NCBI GenBank assembly: GCA_963763465.1 | Contig: CAVXOS010000004.1 | Location: 33,879 to 97,878 of the forward strand | DNA length: 64,000 nt | Direction: 5' to 3' | From: an uncultured Gaiellaceae bacterium | GTDB lineage: Bacteria; Actinomycetota; Thermoleophilia; Gaiellales; Gaiellaceae | Shown: one piece after another, positions 1 through 8,863 of the stretch | Layout of the letters: each line of letters opens with the position of its first letter | How positions within the stretch are numbered: the stretch's first letter is position 1 | The notes under the pieces: model-generated | The model's database searches: none | Seen by the model: the letters and a program-made list of their open reading frames with translations, nothing else | What the model was told of the DNA's origin: nothing | Program-made: the position numbers and the translations under genes

Positions 1-1094
1 AGGTGGCGCGCGCCGGTGGCGCCGGGGAGCAGGAGACCGCGCGACGGCTCGGTGCGCAGGCGGTCTGGCTGTCGCTCGCGTTCGGCCTCGCCGTGTCGTC
101 CCTCATCGCCGTCCTCGCGCCGCAGCTCGTCTCGCTCATGGGCGGCGAGGGTGACGCGGCGGACGACGCCGTCACGTACCTGCGCATCGCTGCGGTGGGC
201 TTTCCGGCGGCGTTCCTCGCGCTGGGAGCGCAGGGCTATCTCCGCGGTGTCGCCGACCTGCGCACGCCGCTCGTCGTGCTCATCGCCGGCAACGTCGCGA
301 ACGTCTTCCTCGAGCTGCTCTTCGTCTACGGCTTCGACTGGGGGATCGCCGGCTCGGCGTGGGGGACTGCCGTCGCACAGCTGGGAATGGGCGCAGCCTT
401 CATCGTCGTCGTCCTCCGGCGCCTCGCGCCCGGCGAGGCCCGCGTGCGGCTCGATCTCGCGCGGCGAGTGCTTTCGCTCGGGAAGTGGATCTTCATCCGT
501 ACGACCGCGCTGATGCTCTCGTTCGTTCTCGCGGGCGCCGTTGCGACGCGCTTCGGCGACGCCTCGATCGCCGCGCATCAGGTCGCGTTCCAGCTCTGGA
601 TCTTCCTCGCGCTCGTGCTCGACTCGGTTGCGATCGCGGGGCAGATCATCGTCGGCCGCGAGCTCGGTGCCGGCCGGCGCGACGAGGCGTACGGCGCGAG
701 CGAGCGGATGATCTGGCTGTCCGTCGTGCTCGGAGGCGTCTTCGCCGCGCTCATGCTCGCGTTCGCGGGTGTGCTTCCACGCCTGTTCACCGGAGACGCC
801 TCGGTGCTCGACGAGGCGGCCCTCCTGTGGCCGATCTTCGCCCTGATGCAGCCGCTGAACGGAGCGGTGTTCGCGCTCGACGGGATCCTCATCGGCGCGA
901 GCGACGGGCCGTTTCTCGCGCTGTCGATGGTGGCGGCGTTCGTCGCCTGCGCGGCGATGCTTCTCGTGACGCTCGAGGCCGACTGGGGGATCCGGGGCGT
1001 GTGGGCGGCGCTCGCCGTGCTCATCGTGGTACGCCTCGGTCTGATGACCTCTCGCTTCCGCCGGCGCCGCTGGCTCGTCACGGGCTGGGCATGA
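1..1094 (+). CDS. MATE family efflux transporter (DinF-like), 5' end outside window
   Basis: ORF 3..1094 is a hydrophobic multi-TM protein with MATE-like sequence. Its 363 aa are shorter than typical MATE proteins, so the start is probably upstream. The stop overlaps the next start (ATGA at 1091-1094). Confidence 0.8.
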   Translation, partial: VARAGGAGEQETARRLGAQAVWLSLAFGLAVSSLIAVLAPQLVSLMGGEGDAADDAVTYLRIAAVGFPAAFLALGAQGYLRGVADLRTPLVVLIAGNVANVFLELLFVYGFDWGIAGSAWGTAVAQLGMGAAFIVVVLRRLAPGEARVRLDLARRVLSLGKWIFIRTTALMLSFVLAGAVATRFGDASIAAHQVAFQLWIFLALVLDSVAIAGQIIVGRELGAGRRDEAYGASERMIWLSVVLGGVFAALMLAFAGVLPRLFTGDASVLDEAALLWPIFALMQPLNGAVFALDGILIGASDGPFLALSMVAAFVACAAMLLVTLEADWGIRGVWAALAVLIVVRLGLMTSRFRRRRWLVTGWA

Positions 1095-1444
1095 ACGTTC
1101 TCGGAGGCGAGCTCGAGCCGTGCTCCGTCGATCCCGCGACCGGCTACTTCCGTGACGGCTACTGCCACACCGCGGGCTCCGACCTCGGATTCCACGTCGT
1201 CTGCGCCGTCATGACCGAGGAGTTCCTCGAGTTCTCGGTGTCAGCGGGGAACGACCTCGTGACGCCGCAGCCGCAGTGGCTGTTCCCGGGGCTCCGGCCG
1301 GGCGATCGCTGGTGCGTCGTCGCCGCGCGCTGGCAGGAGGCGCTCGAGGCGGGGGTGGCACCTCCCGTGGTGCTCGAGGCCACTCATGCCTCGGCGCTCG
1401 AGTTCATCGCCATGGCCGATCTCGAGGCTCACGCGTTCGGCTAG
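1091..1444 (+). CDS. DUF2237 family protein
   Basis: Internal ATG at 1091 of ORF 359..1444. The product MNVLGGELEPCSVDPATGYFRDGYCHT... matches the small Cys-containing DUF2237 family pattern. The ATGA overlap suggests coupling to the MATE gene. Confidence 0.75.
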   Translation: MNVLGGELEPCSVDPATGYFRDGYCHTAGSDLGFHVVCAVMTEEFLEFSVSAGNDLVTPQPQWLFPGLRPGDRWCVVAARWQEALEAGVAPPVVLEATHASALEFIAMADLEAHAFG

Positions 1445-2115
1445 GGGACGCGTCGATGCAGAACGGGCGAGCTCGGGTCGGTGTTCTCGAGCACGAAGTG
1501 GGCTCGTTCGTGCGGCCGCTGCTCCTCGAGGTACCACCTCTGTGCCGGTGTGTAGCGCAGCCGATATCGCTCCCGTGTCGCCTCGACCGACTGCATCCGG
1601 CCCGCATCCCGACGGACTCCGCGCTCGACGGCGACATCGATGCTCGCAGCGACGAATACCGTCAGGTCCCAGGCGTCGAGCAGGTCCTCTCGGTGCAGGA
1701 ACACGCCGTCGCAGAGCAGGACCGCGTCATCCGGGACTGTGACCCATTCGTCCTGAGCGGGGGCGTCGGTCGCGTGATCCCAGGAACGAGCTCGAACGCG
1801 GCGGGTGCCTCCCGGGCCGAGCGGCTCGAGCAGGTGCGCCAGCACGGCCTCGTAGTCGAACGTGTCGAAGTAGAAGCCGTCCGGCGAGAGCTCACGGCGC
1901 CGGTAGCGCGCGTCGCGTGGGCGGTGGAAGTCGTCGACCGAGGCCCGCAGCACGTGCCGGTCGTGGGCTTCGACGAGCGGCGCAAGCTCGTCGGCAAGCG
2001 TCGACTTGCCCGCTCCGTCGACCCCGTCGATACCGACTCGCACCGGCCGACCGAGCTCGATCTTCGCAATGGCGGCTGCAAGCTCGCCGAGCACGGCCGA
2101 GCGCCGACGGTTCAA
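1441..2115 (-). CDS. uridine kinase-like P-loop nucleoside/nucleotide kinase
   Basis: C-terminal 224 aa of ORF 1441..2568. Walker A motif GIDGVDGAGKST. Proposed TTG start at 2115 overlaps the stop of the upstream MBL gene (TTGA). The upstream part of the ORF is Arg/Pro-rich GC-artifact sequence. Confidence 0.65.
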   Translation of the reverse strand: MNRRRSAVLGELAAAIAKIELGRPVRVGIDGVDGAGKSTLADELAPLVEAHDRHVLRASVDDFHRPRDARYRRRELSPDGFYFDTFDYEAVLAHLLEPLGPGGTRRVRARSWDHATDAPAQDEWVTVPDDAVLLCDGVFLHREDLLDAWDLTVFVAASIDVAVERGVRRDAGRMQSVEATRERYRLRYTPAQRWYLEEQRPHERAHFVLENTDPSSPVLHRRVP

Positions 2116-2981
2116 GGATGCGAGGCCGAGGACTCGCGGCGTTTGCGCCAGTACCGCTCGATTCCCTGGTAGTGATGCCAGTACGGAGCGGCACGGTCGT
2201 ACTGGTCGGCGAGATCGGAGTCGGTCTGAGAGACGTCGTGGCGCGCGGCGGCCACGAAGGTCGATTCGTCCATGCCGTCCTCGATCCAGTCGGCCCAGCG
2301 GCTCAGGGTCTCGCGCAGACCCGTGAGGTGCTCCTGCACGTCCTCGTACACGCCGAAGTGGATGAGGCCGAGACGATCGGGGCCGCGGCGCTCCATCTCG
2401 TGGATCGTCTGCTCCCAGGCGTCGAGGTCGAACTCCGGAGGTGGACACGGCGGCATGACGAACGCGCCCCGTCCCACACGCACCCCGGCCGCGTCGCCGG
2501 CGTACAGGGTGCCCTGCGCGTCGAGGTAGGAGACGTGGTGCCAGGCGTGGCCTGGTGTGGGGAAGCATTCGAGCCCCACCACCCTGTCACCGACCGTGCG
2601 GACGTTCTCCGCCGGCACCGGCGCCAGCTCGCCCCAGAGAGCGTCGAAGGCAGCTCCGTAGAGCCGGCGCGCACTGGCCTCGAGCTTCGACGGGTCGACG
2701 ACGTGCGGCGCGCCGACCGCCGAGACGTGCACCTGCAGCCCGGGGTGCTCGCGGACGAGCACGCCTGCCGCTCCCGCATGGTCGAGGTGGATGTGCGAGA
2801 GGAGGAGGTGTCGCACGTCCGTCAACGCGAGCCCGCGCTCGCGCAGGCCGGCTTTCAGATGCTCGACGCACGTCGTCGGGCCGCAGTCGAAGAGCGCGGG
2901 GCCGTCTGCGGTCTCCAGGAGGTAGCACCCGATGATCCCCGGCGAGTCGAGATGCAGCAGGTCCAGCGGAGCGACGCTCAT
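2112..2981 (-). CDS. MBL-fold metallo-hydrolase
   Basis: ORF 2112..2981 carries the metallo-beta-lactamase motif HIHLDHAG (HxHxDH). Confidence 0.85.
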   Translation of the reverse strand: MSVAPLDLLHLDSPGIIGCYLLETADGPALFDCGPTTCVEHLKAGLRERGLALTDVRHLLLSHIHLDHAGAAGVLVREHPGLQVHVSAVGAPHVVDPSKLEASARRLYGAAFDALWGELAPVPAENVRTVGDRVVGLECFPTPGHAWHHVSYLDAQGTLYAGDAAGVRVGRGAFVMPPCPPPEFDLDAWEQTIHEMERRGPDRLGLIHFGVYEDVQEHLTGLRETLSRWADWIEDGMDESTFVAAARHDVSQTDSDLADQYDRAAPYWHHYQGIERYWRKRRESSASHP

Positions 2982-3027
2982 GCGTCGATCTTAGGACTGC
3001 GCGCGCTCGAGACGTCTTTCGAGCGCG

Positions 3028-3459
3028 TCACCCGCTCGTCTCGACGACCTCCTTGAGGCCGGAGAGCATCTTCTCCCAATTGGACTTCGAGTGCTCTGCT
3101 GCTTCGGCCGTCGGGTTGTTGTCCTGGCTCAGCTCCACGCGAGTCACGGGGCCGTCGGCCTCGAGCTCGTACGTGAGCGTGTGGTAGTTCTCGGGAGCGT
3201 CCTCCTGGCCGCTCAGCGGGCTGAAGTGGGTGACCTTCAGGCGCCGCGCCGGCGTGATCTCGACGATCTCGCCCCTGTCCTCGTACGTCGTGCCCTCGTG
3301 CTCGCCCTTCCAGACGATCGAGCTGCCCGGCTGCCAGTCGGTCAGGACCTGAGAGCCGAACATGTACTTCTCGATCTCGGCCGGGTCCGTGAGCGCCGTC
3401 CAGACGCGCGCCGGCGATGCGTCGATCTCGACCGTTGCGGTTGCCACGTGATCTGCCAT
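3028..3459 (-). CDS. SRPBCC domain protein (AHSA1/START-like)
   Basis: 143-aa ORF. N-terminus ATATVEIDASPARVWTALTDPAEIEKY is typical of Aha1/SRPBCC small proteins. Confidence 0.8.
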   Translation of the reverse strand: MADHVATATVEIDASPARVWTALTDPAEIEKYMFGSQVLTDWQPGSSIVWKGEHEGTTYEDRGEIVEITPARRLKVTHFSPLSGQEDAPENYHTLTYELEADGPVTRVELSQDNNPTAEAAEHSKSNWEKMLSGLKEVVETSG

Positions 3460-3516
3460 ACGACCTCCTTGTCGCCTGGCGCATACCCGGCCACGCGGGT
3501 CGGTAATCCTGAGTGC

Positions 3517-4647
3517 CTAGGCCGCCAGCGCGGATTCGAGGTCGTCGACGAGGTCGTCGAGCGACTCGATGCCCACGGAGAGACGGATCAGCCTCGGCGA
3601 CACCGCAAACGGAGCGTCCGCCGTGGACGCGTGGGTCATCCGGGCGGGGTGCTCGATCATGCTCTCGACGCCGCCCAGGCTCTCGGCGAGCCGCCAGATC
3701 CTCGTTCGCGCGACGAGGTCGACGGCTTCCTGCTCGTCCTCCAGCAGGAACGAGACCATGCCGCCGAAGCCGCTCATCTGGCGGGCTGCGACCGTGTGGC
3801 CCGGGTGCGAGGGAAGGCCGGGATAGAGGACGCGCTCGACGCGCTGGTGTCGCTCGAGGAACGATGCGACGGCCGCGGCGTTGGCACAGTGGCGATCCAT
3901 GCGCACCGCAAGCGTCTTGACGCCGCGCAGCACGAGCCACGCGTCGAACGGTCCCGGGATCGCGCCCAGCGACTTCTGCAGGAACGCGAGCTGCTCCGCC
4001 AGCGCGTCGTCGTTCACCGCGACGAAGCCGCCGATCACGTCGGAATGTCCGCCGAGGTACTTCGTGGTCGAGTGCAGCGCCACGTCGGCGCCGAGCGCGA
4101 GCGGCTGCTGGAGGTACGGCGTCGCGAAGGTGTTGTCGACGACGACCGTCGCGCCGAAGCTATGCGCGATCTCGGACGCGGCGGCGATGTCGACGATGTT
4201 GAGCGCCGGGTTCGTGGGTGTCTCGAGCCAGACGAGCTTCGTGCGCTCGTCGATGTGCTCGGCAAGGTCGGTCGAGATCTCCTCGGGCGAGAGGAACGTG
4301 AACCGGTACCCCTTCGGCTCGTACACCTGCGTGAACATGCGGTAGATGCCGCCGTAGACGTCGTTGACGGCGACGACGTGATCGCCCGGCGCGACGAGGT
4401 GCATCAGCGTCGTCACGGCGCCCAGCCCGGACGAGAACGCACGCCCGTGGGCGGCGCCCTCGAGCGAGGCAAGGCACTCCTGGAGCGCCGTCCGCGTCGG
4501 GTTCGCGACCCGTGCGTAGTCGTAGCCCTTGTTGACGCCGACGGCCTCCTGCACGTACGTGGAGGTCTGATAGATCGGCGTCGTGATCGCGCCGGTCGTC
4601 GGATCCGGCTCCTGCCCGTCGTGGATGGCGCGGGTCTCGAAGTCCAT
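3517..4647 (-). CDS. Cys/Met-metabolism PLP-dependent enzyme (cystathionine gamma-synthase/gamma-lyase/beta-lyase family)
   Basis: 376-aa ORF. N-terminus TRAIHDGQEPDPTTGAITTPIYQTSTY plus the STTKYLGGHSD PLP-lysine region are characteristic of the MetB/MetC/MccB family. The exact activity cannot be resolved. Confidence 0.85.
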   Translation of the reverse strand: MDFETRAIHDGQEPDPTTGAITTPIYQTSTYVQEAVGVNKGYDYARVANPTRTALQECLASLEGAAHGRAFSSGLGAVTTLMHLVAPGDHVVAVNDVYGGIYRMFTQVYEPKGYRFTFLSPEEISTDLAEHIDERTKLVWLETPTNPALNIVDIAAASEIAHSFGATVVVDNTFATPYLQQPLALGADVALHSTTKYLGGHSDVIGGFVAVNDDALAEQLAFLQKSLGAIPGPFDAWLVLRGVKTLAVRMDRHCANAAAVASFLERHQRVERVLYPGLPSHPGHTVAARQMSGFGGMVSFLLEDEQEAVDLVARTRIWRLAESLGGVESMIEHPARMTHASTADAPFAVSPRLIRLSVGIESLDDLVDDLESALAA

Positions 4648-4659
4648 TCCGCGCGGATG

Positions 4660-5655
4660 CTACTGCCGCGCCTGCGACCCGAGCCACGCGGAAAGGCTCG
4701 CGAGAGCCTCGTCCGCGCGTGAGGTGTCGCCCCAGGCGCCGAGGACCTCGAGCGTCCCGCTCTTCCGGTCGAACCGTGGCTCGATGCGCCCCACCAGGCG
4801 GTCGCCGACGAGGATCGGGAGCACGTAGTAGCCGTACTCGCGCTTCGCCTTCGGCACGTACATCTCCAGGCGGTAGTAGAAGTCGAAGAGCGCCTCGGCC
4901 CGGTTGCGGTCGTGGATGAGCCGGTCGAAGGGGGAGAGGAACGTCACGCGGTCCGGAACGGGTTCGTCGCCCGCGTCGGGGTGCGCCTCCCAGCCTCTCC
5001 GCGTCAGCCGGACACCGAGTGCCCGGAAACGCTGCTCTGCGAGCGCGCGGTCTGCCTCGCGCGTCGTCATCGTGTCCACCTTCGGATACCAGCGCTCGGC
5101 GAGGTCCCAGAGCCGCTGCTTTCCCTCCCGGCCCGCGACGGCGACGACGCCGTAGGCGTGCAGGATCTCGAGCATGAGCGTCACCTCGCGGCTTCCCCAC
5201 CAGCGGTGCGGCTCGTCGGGCCGCGGAGCGGACTCGTGCTGGAGCGCGCGCGACGGCAGCGGCCCGTTGCGCTCGAGCTCGCGCAGCACGTAGCGCTTGA
5301 AGCGGGCGTTCCGCACGAGGAACTCGGCGCTCCAGCGCTCGTGCGCGTAGTGCCGGCTGCGCCGCCGGCGCCGCATCCGCGCCTGCACGAGCGGCAAGGA
5401 CTCGATCGGCCAGATGTACGCGTTCCACTCGAACAGCTTCCGCTCGTCCCAGAGCAGCCGGTCGAGCTCGGCGACGTCGTACGGCCCGAGACGGCTCCAG
5501 AGGACGAGCTGCTGCGGCGGCGCGACCGTCGAGATCGGGTCGATCTGGAGGAACCCGAGCCGGCGAACGGTGTCGAGGACGGACGTGGCCGTTCCGTCGA
5601 GGAGCTGGGCGCGCACGGCGATCCGGCGCGCTTCCTCGGGAGAGACGATTCTCAC
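4660..5655 (-). CDS. winged-helix DNA-binding domain protein (YcaQ/DUF1006-like)
   Basis: C-terminal 331 aa of the 1059-aa ORF 4660..7839. The LGFLQIDPISTVAPPQ motif is typical of the YcaQ family. GTG start at 5655 overlaps the antiporter stop (GTGA). Confidence 0.75.
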   Translation of the reverse strand: MRIVSPEEARRIAVRAQLLDGTATSVLDTVRRLGFLQIDPISTVAPPQQLVLWSRLGPYDVAELDRLLWDERKLFEWNAYIWPIESLPLVQARMRRRRRSRHYAHERWSAEFLVRNARFKRYVLRELERNGPLPSRALQHESAPRPDEPHRWWGSREVTLMLEILHAYGVVAVAGREGKQRLWDLAERWYPKVDTMTTREADRALAEQRFRALGVRLTRRGWEAHPDAGDEPVPDRVTFLSPFDRLIHDRNRAEALFDFYYRLEMYVPKAKREYGYYVLPILVGDRLVGRIEPRFDRKSGTLEVLGAWGDTSRADEALASLSAWLGSQARQ

Positions 5656-6941
5656 GACGCCTCGTATTCGTGCTCGTGCTGCAGCCTCCAGCGCACCTCG
5701 TCCGAGGCATCGGACTCCGGCGCCGCCTCGACGCGCGCCGACCGTGCGTCGAGCCAGTTCGCGTAGCGCGCCGCGAGGGGTGCCGCCGACGCGCCGTGTG
5801 CGAGGACGGAGAGCCCGACGGTGACGAACACCGTCGTCAGGATCAGCTCCTCGTTGGGAACGCCACCCTCCTCCTCGAGGACCAGGAGGCCGAAGACGAT
5901 CGACGCTGCGCCGCGCGGGCCGAACCACCCGAGGAACGCGACGGTCGGGCGACGGGCGCCGGTTCCGAGCATCGCGATGGCCACGGGAAGCATGCGCACG
6001 AGCGTGAGGCTCAGCACGGCGTAGAGCACGATCTGCCAGGTGCTGTCCCGGAGCGCCGGGCCGAGGAGGATCGCACCGAAGACGACGAATGTCGCCGCCG
6101 CCAGCAGCGCTCCGGTCTGCTCCATGAGGTACGAGATGTCGCCCCCGCGGTGCCGCCGAAGACCGCCGAACACCATCCCGCCGACGAAGGCGGCGATGAA
6201 GCCGGAGCCGCCGATCGCCTCCGCGAGCTCGAATGCGAGGAGCGACCCGGCGAGCGGCACGACCTGGAGCCACGTTGCGTCGATGAAGCGCCGTCCTCCC
6301 GCGTGAACGACGACCGCTGCCGCTGCGATGCCCGCGGCGACGCCGCCCAGCACGCCGTAGCCGATCTTCTCCAGCACGAGCTGCGCGGCTGCTCCGTCCC
6401 CGATCGCACCCTCCTGCGCCTCCGCGATCGCGAGCGCCACGAGGAAGAGCGGGACGCAGATGCCGTCGTTCAGCCCGCTCTCGACGTTGAGGCTCTGCCT
6501 CACCCGCGTGGGTAGGCGCGGGGACGTGACGACGGTCTGGCCGAGCGCCGCGTCCGTCGGGGCGAGGATGATCGCGACGAGCAGCGCCTCCGGCCACGCG
6601 AGGTCGCCGAGCAGCGCGAGGGCGAGGCCGAACCCGGCGAGGATCGTCAGCGGCAGGCCGATCGCGAGCAGGCGCGTGGGTATCCCGAGCGTCCGCCGCA
6701 GCGCCGTCAGGTCGATGCGCGACGCGTCGGAGAAGAGCACGACCGCGAGCGTGGCCTCCGCGAGCGTCCGCACCTCGATCCCGGTCGCCGAGGAGTCGAC
6801 GAGGCCGAGCGCCTCCACTCCGACGACGAGCCCCGCGGCCGTGAACACCATCGGCGCGGTGAGCCACGTTCCGTCGATGCGCCCGGAGATCGCGGCGAAT
6901 CCGAGGAGGATGGCGGCCAGCGCTGCGAGCTGCCAGTGCAC
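5652..6941 (-). CDS. cation:proton antiporter (CPA1, Na+/H+ exchanger family)
   Basis: 429-aa polytopic membrane ORF with Na_H_Exchanger-like sequence (LNDGICVPLF, FGPRGAASIVF). Confidence 0.85.
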   Translation of the reverse strand: MHWQLAALAAILLGFAAISGRIDGTWLTAPMVFTAAGLVVGVEALGLVDSSATGIEVRTLAEATLAVVLFSDASRIDLTALRRTLGIPTRLLAIGLPLTILAGFGLALALLGDLAWPEALLVAIILAPTDAALGQTVVTSPRLPTRVRQSLNVESGLNDGICVPLFLVALAIAEAQEGAIGDGAAAQLVLEKIGYGVLGGVAAGIAAAAVVVHAGGRRFIDATWLQVVPLAGSLLAFELAEAIGGSGFIAAFVGGMVFGGLRRHRGGDISYLMEQTGALLAAATFVVFGAILLGPALRDSTWQIVLYAVLSLTLVRMLPVAIAMLGTGARRPTVAFLGWFGPRGAASIVFGLLVLEEEGGVPNEELILTTVFVTVGLSVLAHGASAAPLAARYANWLDARSARVEAAPESDASDEVRWRLQHEHEYEAS

Positions 6942-7002
6942 CGGGGCAGCCTGTCAGAAGAGGAGACGGCCAACGGCGAGACCGCTGCAGTAGTTTCGCC
7001 CG

Positions 7003-7905
7003 GTGGCCGAATGGGATCCGGAGGTCGTCATCGACGAGCGGCTCGTGCGGGCGCTCCTCGAAGATCAGTTCCCCGAGCTCGACGCCTCGTCGGCGCGGCC
7101 GCTCGGCGAGGGCTGGGACAACGCGGTCTGGCTCGTGGAGGAGCGGTGGGCGTTCCGGTTTCCGCGTCGCCAGATCGCGATTCCAGGTGTCGGGCGCGAG
7201 CTTGCCGTGCTGCCGCGAATCGCCCCGCTGCTCCCCGTGCCGATCCCGACGCCGCGGTTCGTCGGAGCGCCGAGCGAGCGCTTCCGCTGGCCCTTCTTCG
7301 GTGCGCCGGTCCTTCCGGGGCGCGAGCTCGCCGACGCCGGCCTCGACGACCAGGCCCGTGAGGAGCTCGGCGCCGAGCTCGGACGCTTCCTCCGGGTGCT
7401 CCACGGCGTCGAGCTCGATGTCGAGCTCGACGCCGAGCTGCCCGTCGACCCGAACCGCCGCGCGGAGATGCCGTTCCGCGCGGAGCGGGCTCGAGCGTGC
7501 ATCGCCGAGGCCGCGGGTCTCTTTCCCCCGAGCGAGCGCATCGAGGAGATTCTCGAGGAGGCCTCGCGATTGCCTCCGTCCGAGGCGAGGACGCTCGTGC
7601 ACGGCGACCTGCACGCGCGCCACGTGCTCATCCACGACGGCCGGCTCGCTGCCGTCATCGACTGGGGCGACGTCTGCGTCGGCGATGCCTCGATCGATTT
7701 GCAGCTGCTGTGGTCTCTCCTTCCGGCTGCCGGCCGAGCGCGATTCGTGGAGGCGTACGGGCCGATCGACCACGAGCGCCTCCTGCGCGCGCGTGCCGCG
7801 GCGCTGTACTTCTGCGCGATGCTCGCGGCCTATTCCCACTCCGTGGGCAATGCGAACCTCGAGCGTGAGTGCGTCGCAGGGCTCGAGCGGGCCTTGATCG
7901 ACTAG
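7003..7905 (+). CDS. phosphotransferase (APH/choline-kinase-like protein kinase fold)
   Basis: 300-aa ORF with GTG start. Catalytic and Mg loops VHGDLHARHVLI and VIDWGD, as in aminoglycoside phosphotransferase-family enzymes. Confidence 0.8.
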   Translation: MAEWDPEVVIDERLVRALLEDQFPELDASSARPLGEGWDNAVWLVEERWAFRFPRRQIAIPGVGRELAVLPRIAPLLPVPIPTPRFVGAPSERFRWPFFGAPVLPGRELADAGLDDQAREELGAELGRFLRVLHGVELDVELDAELPVDPNRRAEMPFRAERARACIAEAAGLFPPSERIEEILEEASRLPPSEARTLVHGDLHARHVLIHDGRLAAVIDWGDVCVGDASIDLQLLWSLLPAAGRARFVEAYGPIDHERLLRARAAALYFCAMLAAYSHSVGNANLERECVAGLERALID

Positions 7906-8786
7906 TCCGGGACGCCGCCCTCGAGAATCGCCGCGAGCCTCGCCGAGTCGATGTTCCCGCCCGACACGATGCAGACGACGCGTCCCTCACCGGCGAGCCC
8001 GGCCATCGCTGCCGCCACGGGAAGCCCGGCCGCGCCCTCGCCGACGATGCGGGCGCGCTCGAGCAGCAGTCGGACGCCCGCCGCCGCGTCTGCGAGCGAG
8101 ACGGCGAACGCGTCCGTCACCAGCTCGCGCGCGTGCTCCCACATCCTCGGCAGCAGCGAGCCCGAGCCGGCGCCGTCGATGAACGACGGCCGATAGTCGA
8201 CCGCGACCGGTACCCGCCCGTTCGCGATCGCCGCCGCGAAGGGAGCGCCGCTCTCCGGCTCGCAGACGTAGATCTTCACGTCGGGCCGCAACGCGTGCAG
8301 CGCGCTCGCGATCCCGGTGGTGAGCCCGCCGCCGCCCCACGGGATGAGGACTGCGTCGAAGTCGTCGAGATCCTCGGCCAGCTCGAGGCCGATCGTGCCG
8401 TTCCCCGCCATGACGGGCGGATCCTGGACGGGATGGACGTAGAGCCCGTGGACACCTTCGCCGAGGTCGCGCTCGTCGTCCGCGTCGACCGCCGCCCACC
8501 ACTTCTCCCACGTGACGCGGACGATCCGCCCGCCGAGGCGCTCGACAGCGGCGAGCTTCGTCGGCGACGCGTTGTCCGGGACGACGATGGTCGCGGGCAC
8601 GCCGAGCTCGCGGGCCATCCAGGCGACGCCCTGCGCCATGTTCCCGGTGCTCGTCGTGACGAGGCCATCGGTGAGCGCCTCCGGCGGAGCGCTCAGCACG
8701 GCGTTCGCAGCCCCTCGCAGCTTGAACGAGGCGATCGGCTGCAGGTTCTCGAGCTTGAGCCAGATCTCGGCGGGTGCGTCGTCCAC
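7902..8786 (-). CDS. PLP-dependent threonine/serine dehydratase-like enzyme (start uncertain; homology continues to about 8867)
   Basis: ORF 7902..8786 has the PLP-lysine motif SFKLRGA. In-frame sequence upstream (IPLADIEAARERIAGQVVRTPLVRL) is the canonical N-terminus of this family, but it contains no ATG, GTG or TTG. Confidence 0.8.
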   Translation of the reverse strand: MDDAPAEIWLKLENLQPIASFKLRGAANAVLSAPPEALTDGLVTTSTGNMAQGVAWMARELGVPATIVVPDNASPTKLAAVERLGGRIVRVTWEKWWAAVDADDERDLGEGVHGLYVHPVQDPPVMAGNGTIGLELAEDLDDFDAVLIPWGGGGLTTGIASALHALRPDVKIYVCEPESGAPFAAAIANGRVPVAVDYRPSFIDGAGSGSLLPRMWEHARELVTDAFAVSLADAAAGVRLLLERARIVGEGAAGLPVAAAMAGLAGEGRVVCIVSGGNIDSARLAAILEGGVPD

Positions 8787-8863
8787 GCGGAGACGGACGA
8801 GCGGCGTGCGGACGACCTGCCCCGCGATCCGCTCCCGGGCCGCCTCGATGTCGGCGAGCGGGA

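Noticed and set aside
4160-5710. 516-aa minus-strand ORF overlapping the metB-like and YcaQ-like genes in another frame
   Set aside because: Extreme Arg/Ala/Pro bias marks it as an alternative-frame artifact of real minus-strand genes.
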